Source of the DNA: a virus | Lineage: Duplodnaviria; Caudoviricetes | Virus record (IMG/VR): IMGVR_UViG_3300038393_003168 | Coordinates: 1 to 39,996 of that record | Strand: one strand, 5' to 3' | Length of the DNA: 39,996 nt | Shown here: in pieces, positions 23,067 to 33,341 of the stretch | Position numbering within the stretch: position 1 is the first letter of the stretch | Layout of the letters: every line of letters starts with the position of its first letter | Notes under the pieces: generated by a model | Databases searched by the model: none | Seen by the model: only the letters and a program-made list of their open reading frames with translations | Told to the model about the DNA's origin: nothing | Made by a program: the position numbers and the translations under genes

Positions 23067-25324
23067 TGTCCGACATGGATAGCACGGCGCTTACCAGCGT
23101 CGATTCTCCTGCCGATTTCGGTAAAGGGCAGCAAGCGCAATTTCGTCGCTGGATGGTCGAGATTTCGCTTGCCAAGAAACGGATGAAGGATTGGCACGAA
23201 AACTGTAAAAAGTTATGGAGCTTGTATCAGGGGAAGGGACGAAAAAAGAATAGTTACAACGCTTTATTCTCGAACACCGAGATTCTTGGTCCTTCTGTAT
23301 ATAACACGCTCCCCACCCCTGATACTCGGCGCAGGTTCGCGCAGGCCGATCCAGTTGGGAAATCCGTTTCCGAGGTCATCAATCGTTCATTGACATTCAA
23401 CGCGGAGACAACCGGTTTCGATACTGAAATCAGGGCGGATGTGCTTGATATGCTGATCGTTGGACGCGGCATATCTCGTGTGCGTTATGTGCCGGATTTG
23501 GTGCAAGTGGGAGACACGGCTTTAACTGGCGAGCCGGCGCAGGAAACCAATCTTTCCCATGAGGCCCAGCAAGGCGAGCAAAATGAAGAATTGGCATGGG
23601 AATCGGCTCCCATCGAGCATGTGAAATGGGACATGTATCTTTGCGGTCCCGGTCGGTCATTTAAAGAGATTCCATGGTGGGCATTCAAACACAAACTCAC
23701 CCGCGAGGAGCTTTGCAGGCGGTTTGGCGATGAAATCGGCAATCAGATTGAGTTAAATGGTGGCGTGGATGACTCGGAAATTGCCCGATCCACGGACGAA
23801 GAGACTGCCGCATTGTTCAAAACTGCCGATGTGTGGGAAATCTGGGACATGGATAGCCGAACCGTTATCTGGGTATGTGAGTCCTATCGCAAAGGCCCGG
23901 TTCTGGTCGAGCCCGATCCTCTGGAGCTTGAAAAATTCTTTCCGGTAGTTGACCCCCTTCGCGCCATTGAGGATTCAGACTCATTTGATGCTGTCCCGCT
24001 CTATGAGCAATATAGAGAGCAGGCTGAGGAACTGGACCGCATTTCAACGCGAATCAATAAGCTGGTTGTGGCGGTCAAGGCGCGTGCCATTTATGACCCT
24101 TCGCTTGGCCCTCAAGTCGCAGAATTATTCCGTGGTGACGACAATGATTTGATCCCAGCGGATTTAGACATTAAGAAATTGTACGAAGCCGGCGGCATCG
24201 AAAAAGCCATCTGGTTTGCACCAATTGAGCAGATCGTCAATGTCATTCAAGCGCTATATGAGCAGCGTGAACAGTGCAAACAGGTTATTTACGAGTTGAC
24301 CGGGATTGCGGACATCATGCGAGGTTCAACTGATGCTCAGGAAACCAAGGGCGCTCAGGATCTCAAGGTTGCTTTTGGCATGACGCGCCTTTCGCGCATG
24401 CAAAGAGCCGTCCAACGGTATATCCGCGACATGTTTGCATTGCAAGCGGAAGTCATTTGCCAAAAATTCAGTCTCGACACACTGAAACAGATGACTCAAG
24501 TGAATTTGCCGACTGACGCAGAAGTCATGCCGCAGCGCATGCAAATGATGCAGAAAGCAGTGATGGCAAAAATGGCGGGCCAAAACGTTCCTCCTTTGCC
24601 GCCAAAGCCCACCACCTGGGAGGATGTGCACAAAGCGCTGCAAAGCGATCTGCAACGCACCTTCCGCGTTGATATTGAGACGGATTCCACGATTGCAGCC
24701 GCTCAACAGGAAGATGCGACAGACCTCGCCGCCGTAATGACTGCGGTGGTCGAGATGATCAAGGAAATCGGCCCTCTGGTTGCGGAAGGCGTCATGCCAC
24801 CGGCTGCATTCAAGGAATTGCTGTTGATGGTCTGCCGCAAATTCCGCATGGGATCGGCCATTGAAGACGCGTTCGAGCAGATGCAGCCGCCTCCTCCGAA
24901 GACAGATCCAAAAATTCAGGCTCAACTGCAAGTCGAACAAATTCGCCAGCAAGGCAAGCAGCAGGAGGTTGCTGCCCAAGTTCAGGTCGAGCGCGAAAAA
25001 GCCCAGATCCAGATGCAGGTCGAACAGCAAAAAGCGCAATTGGACGCTCAAGTCGCTCAAGCTCAGCAGCAGGCGCAGGCCCAGCAAGCAGCACAAGAGA
25101 ACCAACTGGAAGCCCAACGAGATCAGCAGAAGCTCCATAACGATATGCAGTTGGAACAGATGCGTTTACATGTGGATAGTCAGCTTCAGGCAATGAATCA
25201 GCAACTACAACTGCTTATCGCTCAGTTGAACAACAAGGCGAAAGTGGAAGTCGCTGAGATTGCAGCGCAAACCACATTGGATGCAGCGCAGATTTCGGCT
25301 GCTAGCCAAGGAGCTGAGGACTAA
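23066..25324 (+). CDS. Portal protein with Gln-rich C-terminal barrel
   Basis: 752 aa after terL; IYELTGIADIMRG...ETKGAQ, FRVDIETDSTI; long Q/A coiled coil as in P22-type portals. Confidence 0.88.
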   Translation: MSDMDSTALTSVDSPADFGKGQQAQFRRWMVEISLAKKRMKDWHENCKKLWSLYQGKGRKKNSYNALFSNTEILGPSVYNTLPTPDTRRRFAQADPVGKSVSEVINRSLTFNAETTGFDTEIRADVLDMLIVGRGISRVRYVPDLVQVGDTALTGEPAQETNLSHEAQQGEQNEELAWESAPIEHVKWDMYLCGPGRSFKEIPWWAFKHKLTREELCRRFGDEIGNQIELNGGVDDSEIARSTDEETAALFKTADVWEIWDMDSRTVIWVCESYRKGPVLVEPDPLELEKFFPVVDPLRAIEDSDSFDAVPLYEQYREQAEELDRISTRINKLVVAVKARAIYDPSLGPQVAELFRGDDNDLIPADLDIKKLYEAGGIEKAIWFAPIEQIVNVIQALYEQREQCKQVIYELTGIADIMRGSTDAQETKGAQDLKVAFGMTRLSRMQRAVQRYIRDMFALQAEVICQKFSLDTLKQMTQVNLPTDAEVMPQRMQMMQKAVMAKMAGQNVPPLPPKPTTWEDVHKALQSDLQRTFRVDIETDSTIAAAQQEDATDLAAVMTAVVEMIKEIGPLVAEGVMPPAAFKELLLMVCRKFRMGSAIEDAFEQMQPPPPKTDPKIQAQLQVEQIRQQGKQQEVAAQVQVEREKAQIQMQVEQQKAQLDAQVAQAQQQAQAQQAAQENQLEAQRDQQKLHNDMQLEQMRLHVDSQLQAMNQQLQLLIAQLNNKAKVEVAEIAAQTTLDAAQISAASQGAED

Positions 25325-25701
25325 TGCCGCTCTATACCTTCCGTTGCGAGTGCGGTCATAAAGATGCTGTTTTTCGCAAGATTGATGAGCGTAACCAAGC
25401 GCCTGATCACTGCGGGAAGCCCATGCAGCGAGTGATTGAGGCACCTACTGTGCAGGCCGATCTGCCCGGCTATCAGTCGCCAATAGACGGCCGATGGGTG
25501 GAGGGTAAGCGTGCTCGTATCGAGGATCTCAAACGAAGCGGCTGCCGCCCATGGGAAGGCATGGAAACCGAACGCAGAGAAGCCGTTAAGCGTGCAGAAG
25601 AGGCAGATAGAGACTTCGAGAAAAAAACCGAAGCAGCACTTTATGACACCTATAACAATATGAGCGTCGAGAAGCAGAAGATTTTGAGCGAAGCACTGTA
25701 A
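25324..25701 (+). CDS. FmdB-family zinc-ribbon protein
   Basis: MPLYTFRCECGH...HCGKPMQRVI, YQSPIDG. Confidence 0.8.
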   Translation: MPLYTFRCECGHKDAVFRKIDERNQAPDHCGKPMQRVIEAPTVQADLPGYQSPIDGRWVEGKRARIEDLKRSGCRPWEGMETERREAVKRAEEADRDFEKKTEAALYDTYNNMSVEKQKILSEAL

Positions 25702-25720
25702 CAACATCACATACAACACA

Positions 25721-25748
25721 AGCCGCCCTATGAGGCGGCTTTTTTATT
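25721..25748 (+). terminator. Intrinsic terminator
   Basis: AGCCGCC-CTATGA-GGCGGCT-TTTTTATT. Confidence 0.75.
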
Positions 25749-25766
25749 GCCCAAAAGGAGCTAGCA

Positions 25767-26795
25767 ATGCCGGAAATGGACATCGATGAAACCTTGCGCG
25801 AGACGTATGCCAATTTGAAAGGCGCTTTTGAGGGTGATTTTACCCCTCAAGAGTCCAAAGCAGAAGTTTCCGAGGATGAGCCGCAAGAGGTAATCGAGCC
25901 AGATCCAGCAGAGGCAGCCGATCCGGAAGATGTCGCAGAACCCGAGGCAAAGTCAATCGAGCAAAAGTCTGAAGAAGCGCCGGCATTCAAGCCGCCGTGG
26001 AAAAAGGCCGCTATTGCTGAATGGGAAAAGCTTCCTGAGCTTGTACGCAACGAGATCAAGCGCCGTGAGGACGATTTTCATAAGGGGATCGAACAATACA
26101 AGGAACGTGCGAGCGCCTCCCAAGAGTGGGAGCGCACCATTTCTCCATATATGGCGACGATTCAGAGCTTTGGTGTTACTCCTCAACAGGCAGCACAACA
26201 GCTATTTGCAGCTGATCATGCATTGCGCGTCAGCCCGACACCGCAAAAGGTGCAAATGCTGCTAAAGATCGCGAATGATTACGGCATCGACTTGAACACG
26301 ATGGCCGCAGGCATTCAGCAAATCGCAGGTGACAAAGTTTGGCAGCAGCAGAATCCCACGCCTCCAGAAGTTCAACAACTTCAGGCTCGGATTCAACAAA
26401 TGGAGCAGCAACAGCAGCAAGCATTGCAACAGGCAAAGGCGCAGGAAGCCTCCGCGATCCAAGCCGAGATTGCAGCATTCGCCGCAGACCCAGATCACGA
26501 GCATTTTCCAGTCCTTCAAAAGCAGATGGGAGTTCTTCTCCAATCCGGCGAAGCGAAGAACTTGGAAGAGGCTTATGAGATGGCAATGCGCGCAAATCCG
26601 CAGACGTACCAGATTTGGTTCGCTCAACAGCAACAAGCGTTGGACGCACAGCGGAAAGCAAAGGTCGCAGCAGCGAAGAAGTCAGGAGCAAACGTAGTCA
26701 GGCCCAACGGCCGCACAACCGTTCCGACGACTCAGCCCATGCGATCCATGGAAGAGGACATCGAGGCCAAAGCTCGTGAGCTAGGCCTTCTCTAA
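25767..26795 (+). CDS. Capsid scaffolding protein
   Basis: Acidic N-terminus, helical and Gln-rich body, located between portal and capsid; AAGGAG RBS. Confidence 0.75.
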   Translation: MPEMDIDETLRETYANLKGAFEGDFTPQESKAEVSEDEPQEVIEPDPAEAADPEDVAEPEAKSIEQKSEEAPAFKPPWKKAAIAEWEKLPELVRNEIKRREDDFHKGIEQYKERASASQEWERTISPYMATIQSFGVTPQQAAQQLFAADHALRVSPTPQKVQMLLKIANDYGIDLNTMAAGIQQIAGDKVWQQQNPTPPEVQQLQARIQQMEQQQQQALQQAKAQEASAIQAEIAAFAADPDHEHFPVLQKQMGVLLQSGEAKNLEEAYEMAMRANPQTYQIWFAQQQQALDAQRKAKVAAAKKSGANVVRPNGRTTVPTTQPMRSMEEDIEAKARELGLL

Positions 26796-26812
26796 ACTGA
26801 TAGGAGCAAATC

Positions 26813-27799
26813 ATGGCATCTCCCGGTCAGTCGAGCTTGTTCAATGCTTTCACCGAACTGGTATCGACAACTTATCGTAACCACCGCAAAGAGGTGGCAG
26901 ACAACGTTTCGAAACACAATGCGCTATTCCGTCGACTGACGAGCAAAGGCCGTATTCGTGTTGAAGATGGTGGTCTGTCCATCGTCACTCCGCTTGATTA
27001 TCAAGCCAACTCCACCTACCAACGTTATTCCGGCTATGACGTGCTGAACATCAACGCGGTTGACGTGTTGACTGCAGCCGAATTTCCATGGCGTCAGGTA
27101 GCTGTAAACGTTGCTGCTTCTGGTTTGGAGCTTCGCACCAACTCGGGCGCTCAACGCATCATCAATTTCACCAAAGCCAAGATCAAGAACGCCCAACGTT
27201 CGATGGCAAACGGCCTTTCCGTCGATATTTACTCTGATGGCACGGCTTCTAACCAGATCGGCGGCTTGCAATCCATCGTTGCCGATTCCGGTGCCGGCAC
27301 GGTTGGTGGCATTAACGCTGCCACCTGGGCGTTTTGGCAAAACCTCGTCCAATCTGCGGCTGCTCCGATTCAAGGCGGAGGCGCAATCACTCCTGCGGCA
27401 AGCACAATTGAGTCATTGATGCTTCCGACATGGATCAAGCTGACTCGCGGCACGGATATGCCAGACATGATCGTAATGTCTGACGACTACTTCAGCTTCT
27501 ACGAGCAATCGCAGACCAGCCTGAAACGTTATGCGCCGGATGACAACGGGCAGGGCGGCATGGTCTCAATGAAGTACAAAACAGCAGATGTGTTCTTCGA
27601 CTCGTCAGGTGGAATTCCAAGTTCGCATGCGTACTTCCTGAACACCGACTACTTGGAGTTGGTGGTTCACCGCGATGCGAACATGACCATGATGGATGAG
27701 CTGCGCAGCGTCAACCAAGACGCCGTTGTAATCCCCATCCTGTTCCAAGGCAACCTAGTCTGCTCTGCGCGATTCCTGCAGGGCGTGATGAAGGCTTAA
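26813..27799 (+). CDS. Major capsid protein
   Basis: 328 aa following scaffold; ADNVSKHNAL, YSGYDVLNI, YFLNTDYL, NQDAVVIPILFQGNL. Confidence 0.88.
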   Translation: MASPGQSSLFNAFTELVSTTYRNHRKEVADNVSKHNALFRRLTSKGRIRVEDGGLSIVTPLDYQANSTYQRYSGYDVLNINAVDVLTAAEFPWRQVAVNVAASGLELRTNSGAQRIINFTKAKIKNAQRSMANGLSVDIYSDGTASNQIGGLQSIVADSGAGTVGGINAATWAFWQNLVQSAAAPIQGGGAITPAASTIESLMLPTWIKLTRGTDMPDMIVMSDDYFSFYEQSQTSLKRYAPDDNGQGGMVSMKYKTADVFFDSSGGIPSSHAYFLNTDYLELVVHRDANMTMMDELRSVNQDAVVIPILFQGNLVCSARFLQGVMKA

Positions 27800-27809
27800 G
27801 GAGAATGAC

Positions 27810-28541
27810 ATGACTGTTGCAGCTACTACCCTGCCTTTCATCGGTTCGCAGCCGATTGGCAATTACTTCGCTCCCGATACGACTCAGCGCCACGCCCTTG
27901 GCGCTTTCATGTCAGGAAATGACCCATTTTGGGGTTCGGGTGAGTTTTTATATTTGAAAGCTAATGCTACCCTTAACCAAGGGCAATCCGTTGTTTGGGA
28001 TGCGTCCTTTCAGGCGACATCACTTCCGAACATTGCAAACCAGGGACGTTCGATTGCATTCGCAACATATCCGATGACAGCGGGCCAATTTGGCTGGTTC
28101 AAGATTTCTGGCCGTTGCGTCGCAAACTCAACCGCATCTGTCGCTGCTGGTACAACTACCGGCATCACGGCAGCGGGTCAATTAGGAGCCAATTCGGCGG
28201 GCAAGCAGATTTTGAATGCGGTTGTTGATCAAGCAGCGACCGCAACGATAACCAAGGCGAATACCGTTACCACTAACGGCTCTCCTCTGTTGCGCGTGTC
28301 GAATTCCGATGGCCTGTTCGTAGGTCTGCCGATCTCCGGCACTGGCATTCCTGCCACTACTTACATCGGTGCGATCAGCTCGGATGGGCGGACTATTACG
28401 ATGACCCAATCCGATTTGGCTACCGTGCAGAACGCGACCGCATCCGGCTCCATCACGTTGACAGGAACGATGAACGACGGCACGACGTATTACAACGTCG
28501 TCCAATGTGATCGTCCTTTCGCGCAAGGTGCTATTACCTAA
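27810..28541 (+). CDS. Capsid decoration/cement protein (putative)
   Basis: Follows the capsid gene; WGSGEFLYLKA, GQFGWFKISG; T/A/G-rich. Confidence 0.6.
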   Translation: MTVAATTLPFIGSQPIGNYFAPDTTQRHALGAFMSGNDPFWGSGEFLYLKANATLNQGQSVVWDASFQATSLPNIANQGRSIAFATYPMTAGQFGWFKISGRCVANSTASVAAGTTTGITAAGQLGANSAGKQILNAVVDQAATATITKANTVTTNGSPLLRVSNSDGLFVGLPISGTGIPATTYIGAISSDGRTITMTQSDLATVQNATASGSITLTGTMNDGTTYYNVVQCDRPFAQGAIT

Positions 28542-28572
28542 TTTCCCCTCTCGTCTCCTGAGGGGCTTTCCA

Positions 28573-28602
28573 ACAGGGCATCTTCGGGTGCCCTGTCTTT
28601 TT
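28573..28602 (+). terminator. Intrinsic terminator with UUCG loop after the head genes
   Basis: ACAGGGCATC-TTCG-GGTGCCCTGT-CTTTTT. Confidence 0.8.
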
Positions 28603-28613
28603 GGAGGAAGTAA

Positions 28614-28973
28614 ATGCCAAATTCTTCGACATTCCAAGGGCTCGGCCCAGTTACACGACAAGCCATTGGCGGAACAATCGCAAAATCGCTATCTGCAAGC
28701 GGTAGCACTCAATCAACGGCAACTAAGATCGGGGCCGACCACAATTCGTTTTCAACCGTGGGCGCTAGCCAAGGAGCGGTTCTTCAAGCTCCCAATGCGG
28801 GTGAATGGGTATCCGTATTCAACGGCGGCGCAAATGCGCTGTCTGTGTACCCGAACTTGGGCGCAACCATTAATGGAGGTTCTGCTAACGCTGCGGTTTC
28901 TGTGGCTGCCGGCAAAGGCGCGATCTTCATTCCGTTGGATGCATTGACATGGTTCGCTGTGATTTCAGCTTAA
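28614..28973 (+). CDS. Small virion structural protein (putative)
   Basis: 119 aa, A/G/S-rich; GGAGG RBS. Confidence 0.65.
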   Translation: MPNSSTFQGLGPVTRQAIGGTIAKSLSASGSTQSTATKIGADHNSFSTVGASQGAVLQAPNAGEWVSVFNGGANALSVYPNLGATINGGSANAAVSVAAGKGAIFIPLDALTWFAVISA

Positions 28974-28987
28974 TTCACTAAGGAGAC

Positions 28988-29602
28988 ATGATGGAACTAC
29001 AAAAAGGCGTTAGACCGCATATCCGCTTCGAGACTCGTGTTGCAGAAGACCGTGCTAAGTCCATCGAGCAAGGCAAGAAAGTTTATAAAGATGTTGATTG
29101 GGTCATCATCACACCGGCAGGTGGCCGGGATGAATATACGAATGAAGCCGCGCAATGGTTGACGAATATTCGTGACCGTTCGCATGCGGGTCAATACGAT
29201 CCGGATTGGGTTGCGCATTTTGAAAAGATGTATGCGCTGTACAAAGACGGAAAGGAATTGCCTGAGGACGGAACGTCCCTTCGCATGTGTACAACGATGT
29301 TTACCCCGTCTGAAATTCAAACGTGCCTGGACGCCAATATCCGAACGTTAGAAGCGCTCGCAAATTGTAACGAAGAAGCCATGGGCCGCATGAATATGAT
29401 GGGTCGTGCCCTTAAGGCGCGTGCTCAGGAAGCTTTGCGAATAGGTGAGGGAAAGGGTGATGCAATGAAGCTCGAAGCGCTCCAATTGGAAAACACTGAT
29501 CTCAAAGCCAAAGTCAAAGATTTGACCGACATTGTCATGGAACTGCGGGAGCAAGTCGCTCAAGATGCCCCCCGTCGCGGCAGGCCTGCTAAACAGGGGT
29601 AA
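28988..29602 (+). CDS. Hypothetical phage protein (assembly region)
   Basis: 204 aa; NIRTLEALA motif, coiled coil, C-terminal RRGRP. Confidence 0.75.
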   Translation: MMELQKGVRPHIRFETRVAEDRAKSIEQGKKVYKDVDWVIITPAGGRDEYTNEAAQWLTNIRDRSHAGQYDPDWVAHFEKMYALYKDGKELPEDGTSLRMCTTMFTPSEIQTCLDANIRTLEALANCNEEAMGRMNMMGRALKARAQEALRIGEGKGDAMKLEALQLENTDLKAKVKDLTDIVMELREQVAQDAPRRGRPAKQG

Positions 29603-29605
29603 TTC

Positions 29606-30310
29606 ATGACCTGCCTGTCGATTATCCAGGATGTGGCGCAACGGTTAAATATACCGAATCCTACGTCGGCTGCTCAATCTACCGATCCTGCGGTGTTGCA
29701 ATTGGTGGCTCTCTCTACAAAGGAGGGCGAGTGGCTTTCGGATCAATACGACTGGCAAGTTCTGACGCAAGAAGCGACTTTTACGACGCTTGCAACGGAA
29801 ATACAAGGGGATGTATCGGTAATTTGCCCTGGTTTGAAGAACATCATTAACGACACGATGTGGAACCGGGATTTGCGTCGCCCTGTTTTCGGCCCAATGA
29901 CTCCCCAACGATGGGAACAGCTCAAAGCCATGGTGATGCAAGGGCCATGGAATCAGTACGAGATTCGAGGGAATAAGATCCGCTTTATTCCGAATCCGAC
30001 TGCGGGGCAGAATATTTATTTTCAGTACACCACTCAATATTGGTGTCAGTCATCGGGGGGTGTCAATCAATCTCGCTTTTTGACCGATACCGATGCTCTG
30101 TTGCTTCGCGAAGATCTGTTCAAGCTTGGCATGGAGTGGCGCTGGAAGAAAGCAAAGGGATTGGATTACGCCCAAGACTTCGCAGATTACGAAACGATGC
30201 TGGAAAGTGCCAAGGCGAGGGATGGCACGAAAGACGTGATCAATATGGGCGATGTGAAATATGACATCTACCCTGGAATTCTCGTTCCGTCTGGAAGCTG
30301 GGGATCATGA
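29606..30310 (+). CDS. Head-tail adaptor (tail tubular A / P22 gp4-like)
   Basis: MTCLSIIQDV, YDWQVL, WRWKKAKGLDYA; position before the nozzle gene. Confidence 0.7.
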   Translation: MTCLSIIQDVAQRLNIPNPTSAAQSTDPAVLQLVALSTKEGEWLSDQYDWQVLTQEATFTTLATEIQGDVSVICPGLKNIINDTMWNRDLRRPVFGPMTPQRWEQLKAMVMQGPWNQYEIRGNKIRFIPNPTAGQNIYFQYTTQYWCQSSGGVNQSRFLTDTDALLLREDLFKLGMEWRWKKAKGLDYAQDFADYETMLESAKARDGTKDVINMGDVKYDIYPGILVPSGSWGS

Positions 30311-31863
30311 TCAGAGCACCAGTAACGGGCACGCAACGCGCCCAGAAGGCCAGAGTTAAATCCGTTCCGGCCCCCACAGGGGGATGGAATGCAAGGGACT
30401 CCATCGCCAATATGCCGCCTTCTGATGCGGTGATTTTGACGAACTGGTTTCCTACTGCGAGTGACACTGAATTACGAAATGGGTTTACCAATTTGGCGAC
30501 GGGATTAGGTAATCAAGTCCAGTCTCTCATGGGATATAACCCTGCCTCCGGGACTCCCAAACTATTCGCTGCTGCCGGCGGATCGGTTTATGACGTTACA
30601 AGTGGGGGTGCTGTTGGTAGCCCTGCGATTACTTCATTGAGTAACGCGAAATGGAAGCATACGAATTTTGCCACCTCGGCCGGGCCATTTCTGTTGATGG
30701 TAAATGGGCAGGATGGATATTACGTATATAACGGGTCCACGTGGCAAAGTGTTACGTCTGGATCGTCTCCAATTTCCATCACGGGAATTGACCCTACCAC
30801 TTTATCGGATGTGTCGATATTCGCCTCTAGGGTTTGGTTTATTCAGAAAAGCAGTTTAAAGGCTTGGTATCTCCCTGTTGGTCAAGTAGGAGGAGCGGCA
30901 ACATCGTTCGACTTCAGTCCAATATTTTTCAGAGGCGGATCGTTGGTCGCGATGGGTGTCTGGACAGTGGATGGCGGATATGGAATGCAAGACTATTTTT
31001 GTCTTGTGACCTCAGAAGGCGAAATAGCGGTTTACCAAGGCACAGATCCATCCTCTTCGTCCACATGGTCAAAGGTCGGTGTTTATCGTGTCGGAACGCC
31101 GATGGGGAATCGCTGCTTTATGAAATTTGGAGGCGACTTGCTCTATTTGAGCAAGGATGGCGCTGGTCCAATTTCAAAGCTGCTTGCAAGTTCTCGAGTC
31201 AATACGCAGGTAAATATCACTGACAAAATCCAAACGGCAATTTCACAGGCAACCACGCTGTATTCAACCAATTTCGGATGGCAAATGCAGCTTTTCCCGT
31301 CTGAGAATATTTTGATTATTAATGTCCCCGTATCGCTTGGAGGGCAACAACAATATGTGATGAACACCATCACAGGGGCATGGTGCAATTTCACAGGATG
31401 GAGCGCAAACTGTTGGGAGCTATTTCAAGACAAGCTTTATTTCGGCGGCAATGGCGTGGTGTGCCAAGCATGGAATGGATTGGATGATAATGGAGTGCAG
31501 ATTGTTGGAGAAATGCTGCCCGCATTCCAATATTTTGATTCTCCTCAGTTGAAGCAATTCACCATGGTAAGGCCCATCTTCCTCACCAATGGATTCCCAT
31601 CGGTCCTTCTCGGGATAAATACCGACTTTGAAAGCGCAGTTCCGATTGGGGTTCCTACGTTTTCTCCACAACAGGCGGCCGTATGGGATCAGGGCTTATG
31701 GGATGTTGCGATTTGGGGGCAAGATCCTCAGATTGTGAAGAATTGGGAATATGTTAGCGGAATTGGATATACCGGTGCTCTACATCTCAAAGTGGCCGCA
31801 CAGGATATATCCGTCAGGCTGGCTTCAATTGACTACGCAATGATCGATGGCGGGGTGATGTGA
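30307..31863 (+). CDS. Tail nozzle / DNA stabilization protein (P22 gp10-like)
   Basis: 518 aa; PAPTGGWNARD N-terminus; beta-propeller-like composition; position. Confidence 0.75.
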   Translation: MIRAPVTGTQRAQKARVKSVPAPTGGWNARDSIANMPPSDAVILTNWFPTASDTELRNGFTNLATGLGNQVQSLMGYNPASGTPKLFAAAGGSVYDVTSGGAVGSPAITSLSNAKWKHTNFATSAGPFLLMVNGQDGYYVYNGSTWQSVTSGSSPISITGIDPTTLSDVSIFASRVWFIQKSSLKAWYLPVGQVGGAATSFDFSPIFFRGGSLVAMGVWTVDGGYGMQDYFCLVTSEGEIAVYQGTDPSSSSTWSKVGVYRVGTPMGNRCFMKFGGDLLYLSKDGAGPISKLLASSRVNTQVNITDKIQTAISQATTLYSTNFGWQMQLFPSENILIINVPVSLGGQQQYVMNTITGAWCNFTGWSANCWELFQDKLYFGGNGVVCQAWNGLDDNGVQIVGEMLPAFQYFDSPQLKQFTMVRPIFLTNGFPSVLLGINTDFESAVPIGVPTFSPQQAAVWDQGLWDVAIWGQDPQIVKNWEYVSGIGYTGALHLKVAAQDISVRLASIDYAMIDGGVM

Positions 31864-32327
31864 AGCGCATCATCTGGGATGATCCCGAAAGGGTGATGCA
31901 GTTTGTGGCAAATCGGACGGGAGAGAAGGAATATTTCCTTTATACCGCTATTGGCCTCGTGAGCGATGGAAAGTTGGTAGCTGGAGTTGTCTACAACATG
32001 AAAACAGCAACCAGCGTCATGATGCACGTTGCATCTGATGAGTCTAGTCATTGGATGACACCCTATTATTTGAGTGCATGTTTCAGATACCCCTTCATTC
32101 AAGAAGGATGCACGCGTATCACCGGCCTTGTGCGTGCCGACAATTACCACGCACAGAAGTTTGACGAGCACCTTGGCTTCAAGCGCGAAGGACAACTCCG
32201 CGCCGCTTGCGCCGATGGAACGGACTTAATTGTCTACGGCATGCTGAAAAGCGAATGCCGATTCATCGAAGGCAAATATTATGCGGCGTTACTTAGATAT
32301 ACCCAATCTACCAATCAACGCATTTAA
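31860..32327 (+). CDS. GNAT-family acetyltransferase in the tail module
   Basis: FRYPFIQEGCTRITGLVRADNYHAQKFDEHLGFKREGQLR...YGMLKSECRF. Confidence 0.85.
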   Translation: MKRIIWDDPERVMQFVANRTGEKEYFLYTAIGLVSDGKLVAGVVYNMKTATSVMMHVASDESSHWMTPYYLSACFRYPFIQEGCTRITGLVRADNYHAQKFDEHLGFKREGQLRAACADGTDLIVYGMLKSECRFIEGKYYAALLRYTQSTNQRI

Positions 32328-33333
32328 AAAGCGCGGATTCGGCCAAAACCTAGCAACTCTCGAAGGCGGTGGCGGATCAATCGGAGATGTGTTTGGGCTG
32401 ACCAACACAAAAATCGGTGACCCGCTGGGCCTCACTCACACAAAAATCGGCGACCCTCTTGGGTTAGTCCATCCTGAGAATGGCAATTCATTGACGGGCG
32501 GTCCCGGAAAAGGCGGGAAATCGAGCGGCGCCCCCGCATATCCGGACCCCTACAAAATTGCGGATGCTCAAACTCAAGCAAATGAGCAGTCTGCAGCCTA
32601 TAACAAGGCGCTCAATACCAATAACTACACAAATCCATTCGGGTCACAACAATCCAGAGTAGTTGGAACTGATCCGAAGACGGGTGCACCGATCTATCAG
32701 ACGGATATTACTGCCAATCCAGAACTGCAAAGCCAAATGAGTTCCCTATTAGGGGAGCTGGGTGGCGCAAACAAGAGTTCGCAAAATGCCATGAATGGCT
32801 TATTCGGCATTTCCAGCGGATTAACGGACAAAGACGCGAACGGAATGACGCAGGCCCAAAACGCCTATTACAACAGCGCAAAATCCTATCTTGATCCGCA
32901 ATATAGCCAACAGGAAGAACAGTTAAAGAGTTCCTTGGCAAATCAAGGACTCACTCCTGGGTCTGAAGCCTATAACAATGCGATGGGCAATTTTAGCCGC
33001 GACAAGGACTTTGCGTATAGCCAAGCAATGAACTCTGCGATTACGCAAGGGCAGCAGCTTGGTTTGAACACGGCAAATACCCAAGGTGCTTTGTTGGGTC
33101 AAGCTGCTGGTCTATCCCAAATCCCATATTCCAATCTACAGACAATAGCTCAGATGATTCCTGGATATTCCGGCACGTCTTCACCAACTTCTCAGCCGGC
33201 CAATATTGGGCAGTACATGAATAATCAGTATCAAAGCCAGCTGGCTGGATATAACGCGCAACAGCAAACCAATAACCAAATGATGAATGGCCTATTTAGC
33301 CTCGGCTCTGCGGCCATGATGGCTATGGCATAG
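32281..33333 (+). CDS. Internal virion / DNA ejection protein 1
   Basis: Q/N/G/A-rich; TNPFGSQ, LANQGLTPGSEAYNNAM; hydrophobic C-terminus; follows GNAT. Confidence 0.7.
   Translation: MRRYLDIPNLPINAFKKRGFGQNLATLEGGGGSIGDVFGLTNTKIGDPLGLTHTKIGDPLGLVHPENGNSLTGGPGKGGKSSGAPAYPDPYKIADAQTQANEQSAAYNKALNTNNYTNPFGSQQSRVVGTDPKTGAPIYQTDITANPELQSQMSSLLGELGGANKSSQNAMNGLFGISSGLTDKDANGMTQAQNAYYNSAKSYLDPQYSQQEEQLKSSLANQGLTPGSEAYNNAMGNFSRDKDFAYSQAMNSAITQGQQLGLNTANTQGALLGQAAGLSQIPYSNLQTIAQMIPGYSGTSSPTSQPANIGQYMNNQYQSQLAGYNAQQQTNNQMMNGLFSLGSAAMMAMA
32380..32478 (+). repeat. Three 33-bp (11-aa) coding repeats
   Basis: IGDVFGLTNTK / IGDPLGLTHTK / IGDPLGLVHPE. Confidence 0.8.
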
Positions 33334-33341
33334 GAGCAGAT

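Noticed and set aside
24326-25138. 270-aa Leu-rich minus-strand ORF
   Set aside because: Antisense shadow of the Gln-rich (CAG/CAA) portal barrel.
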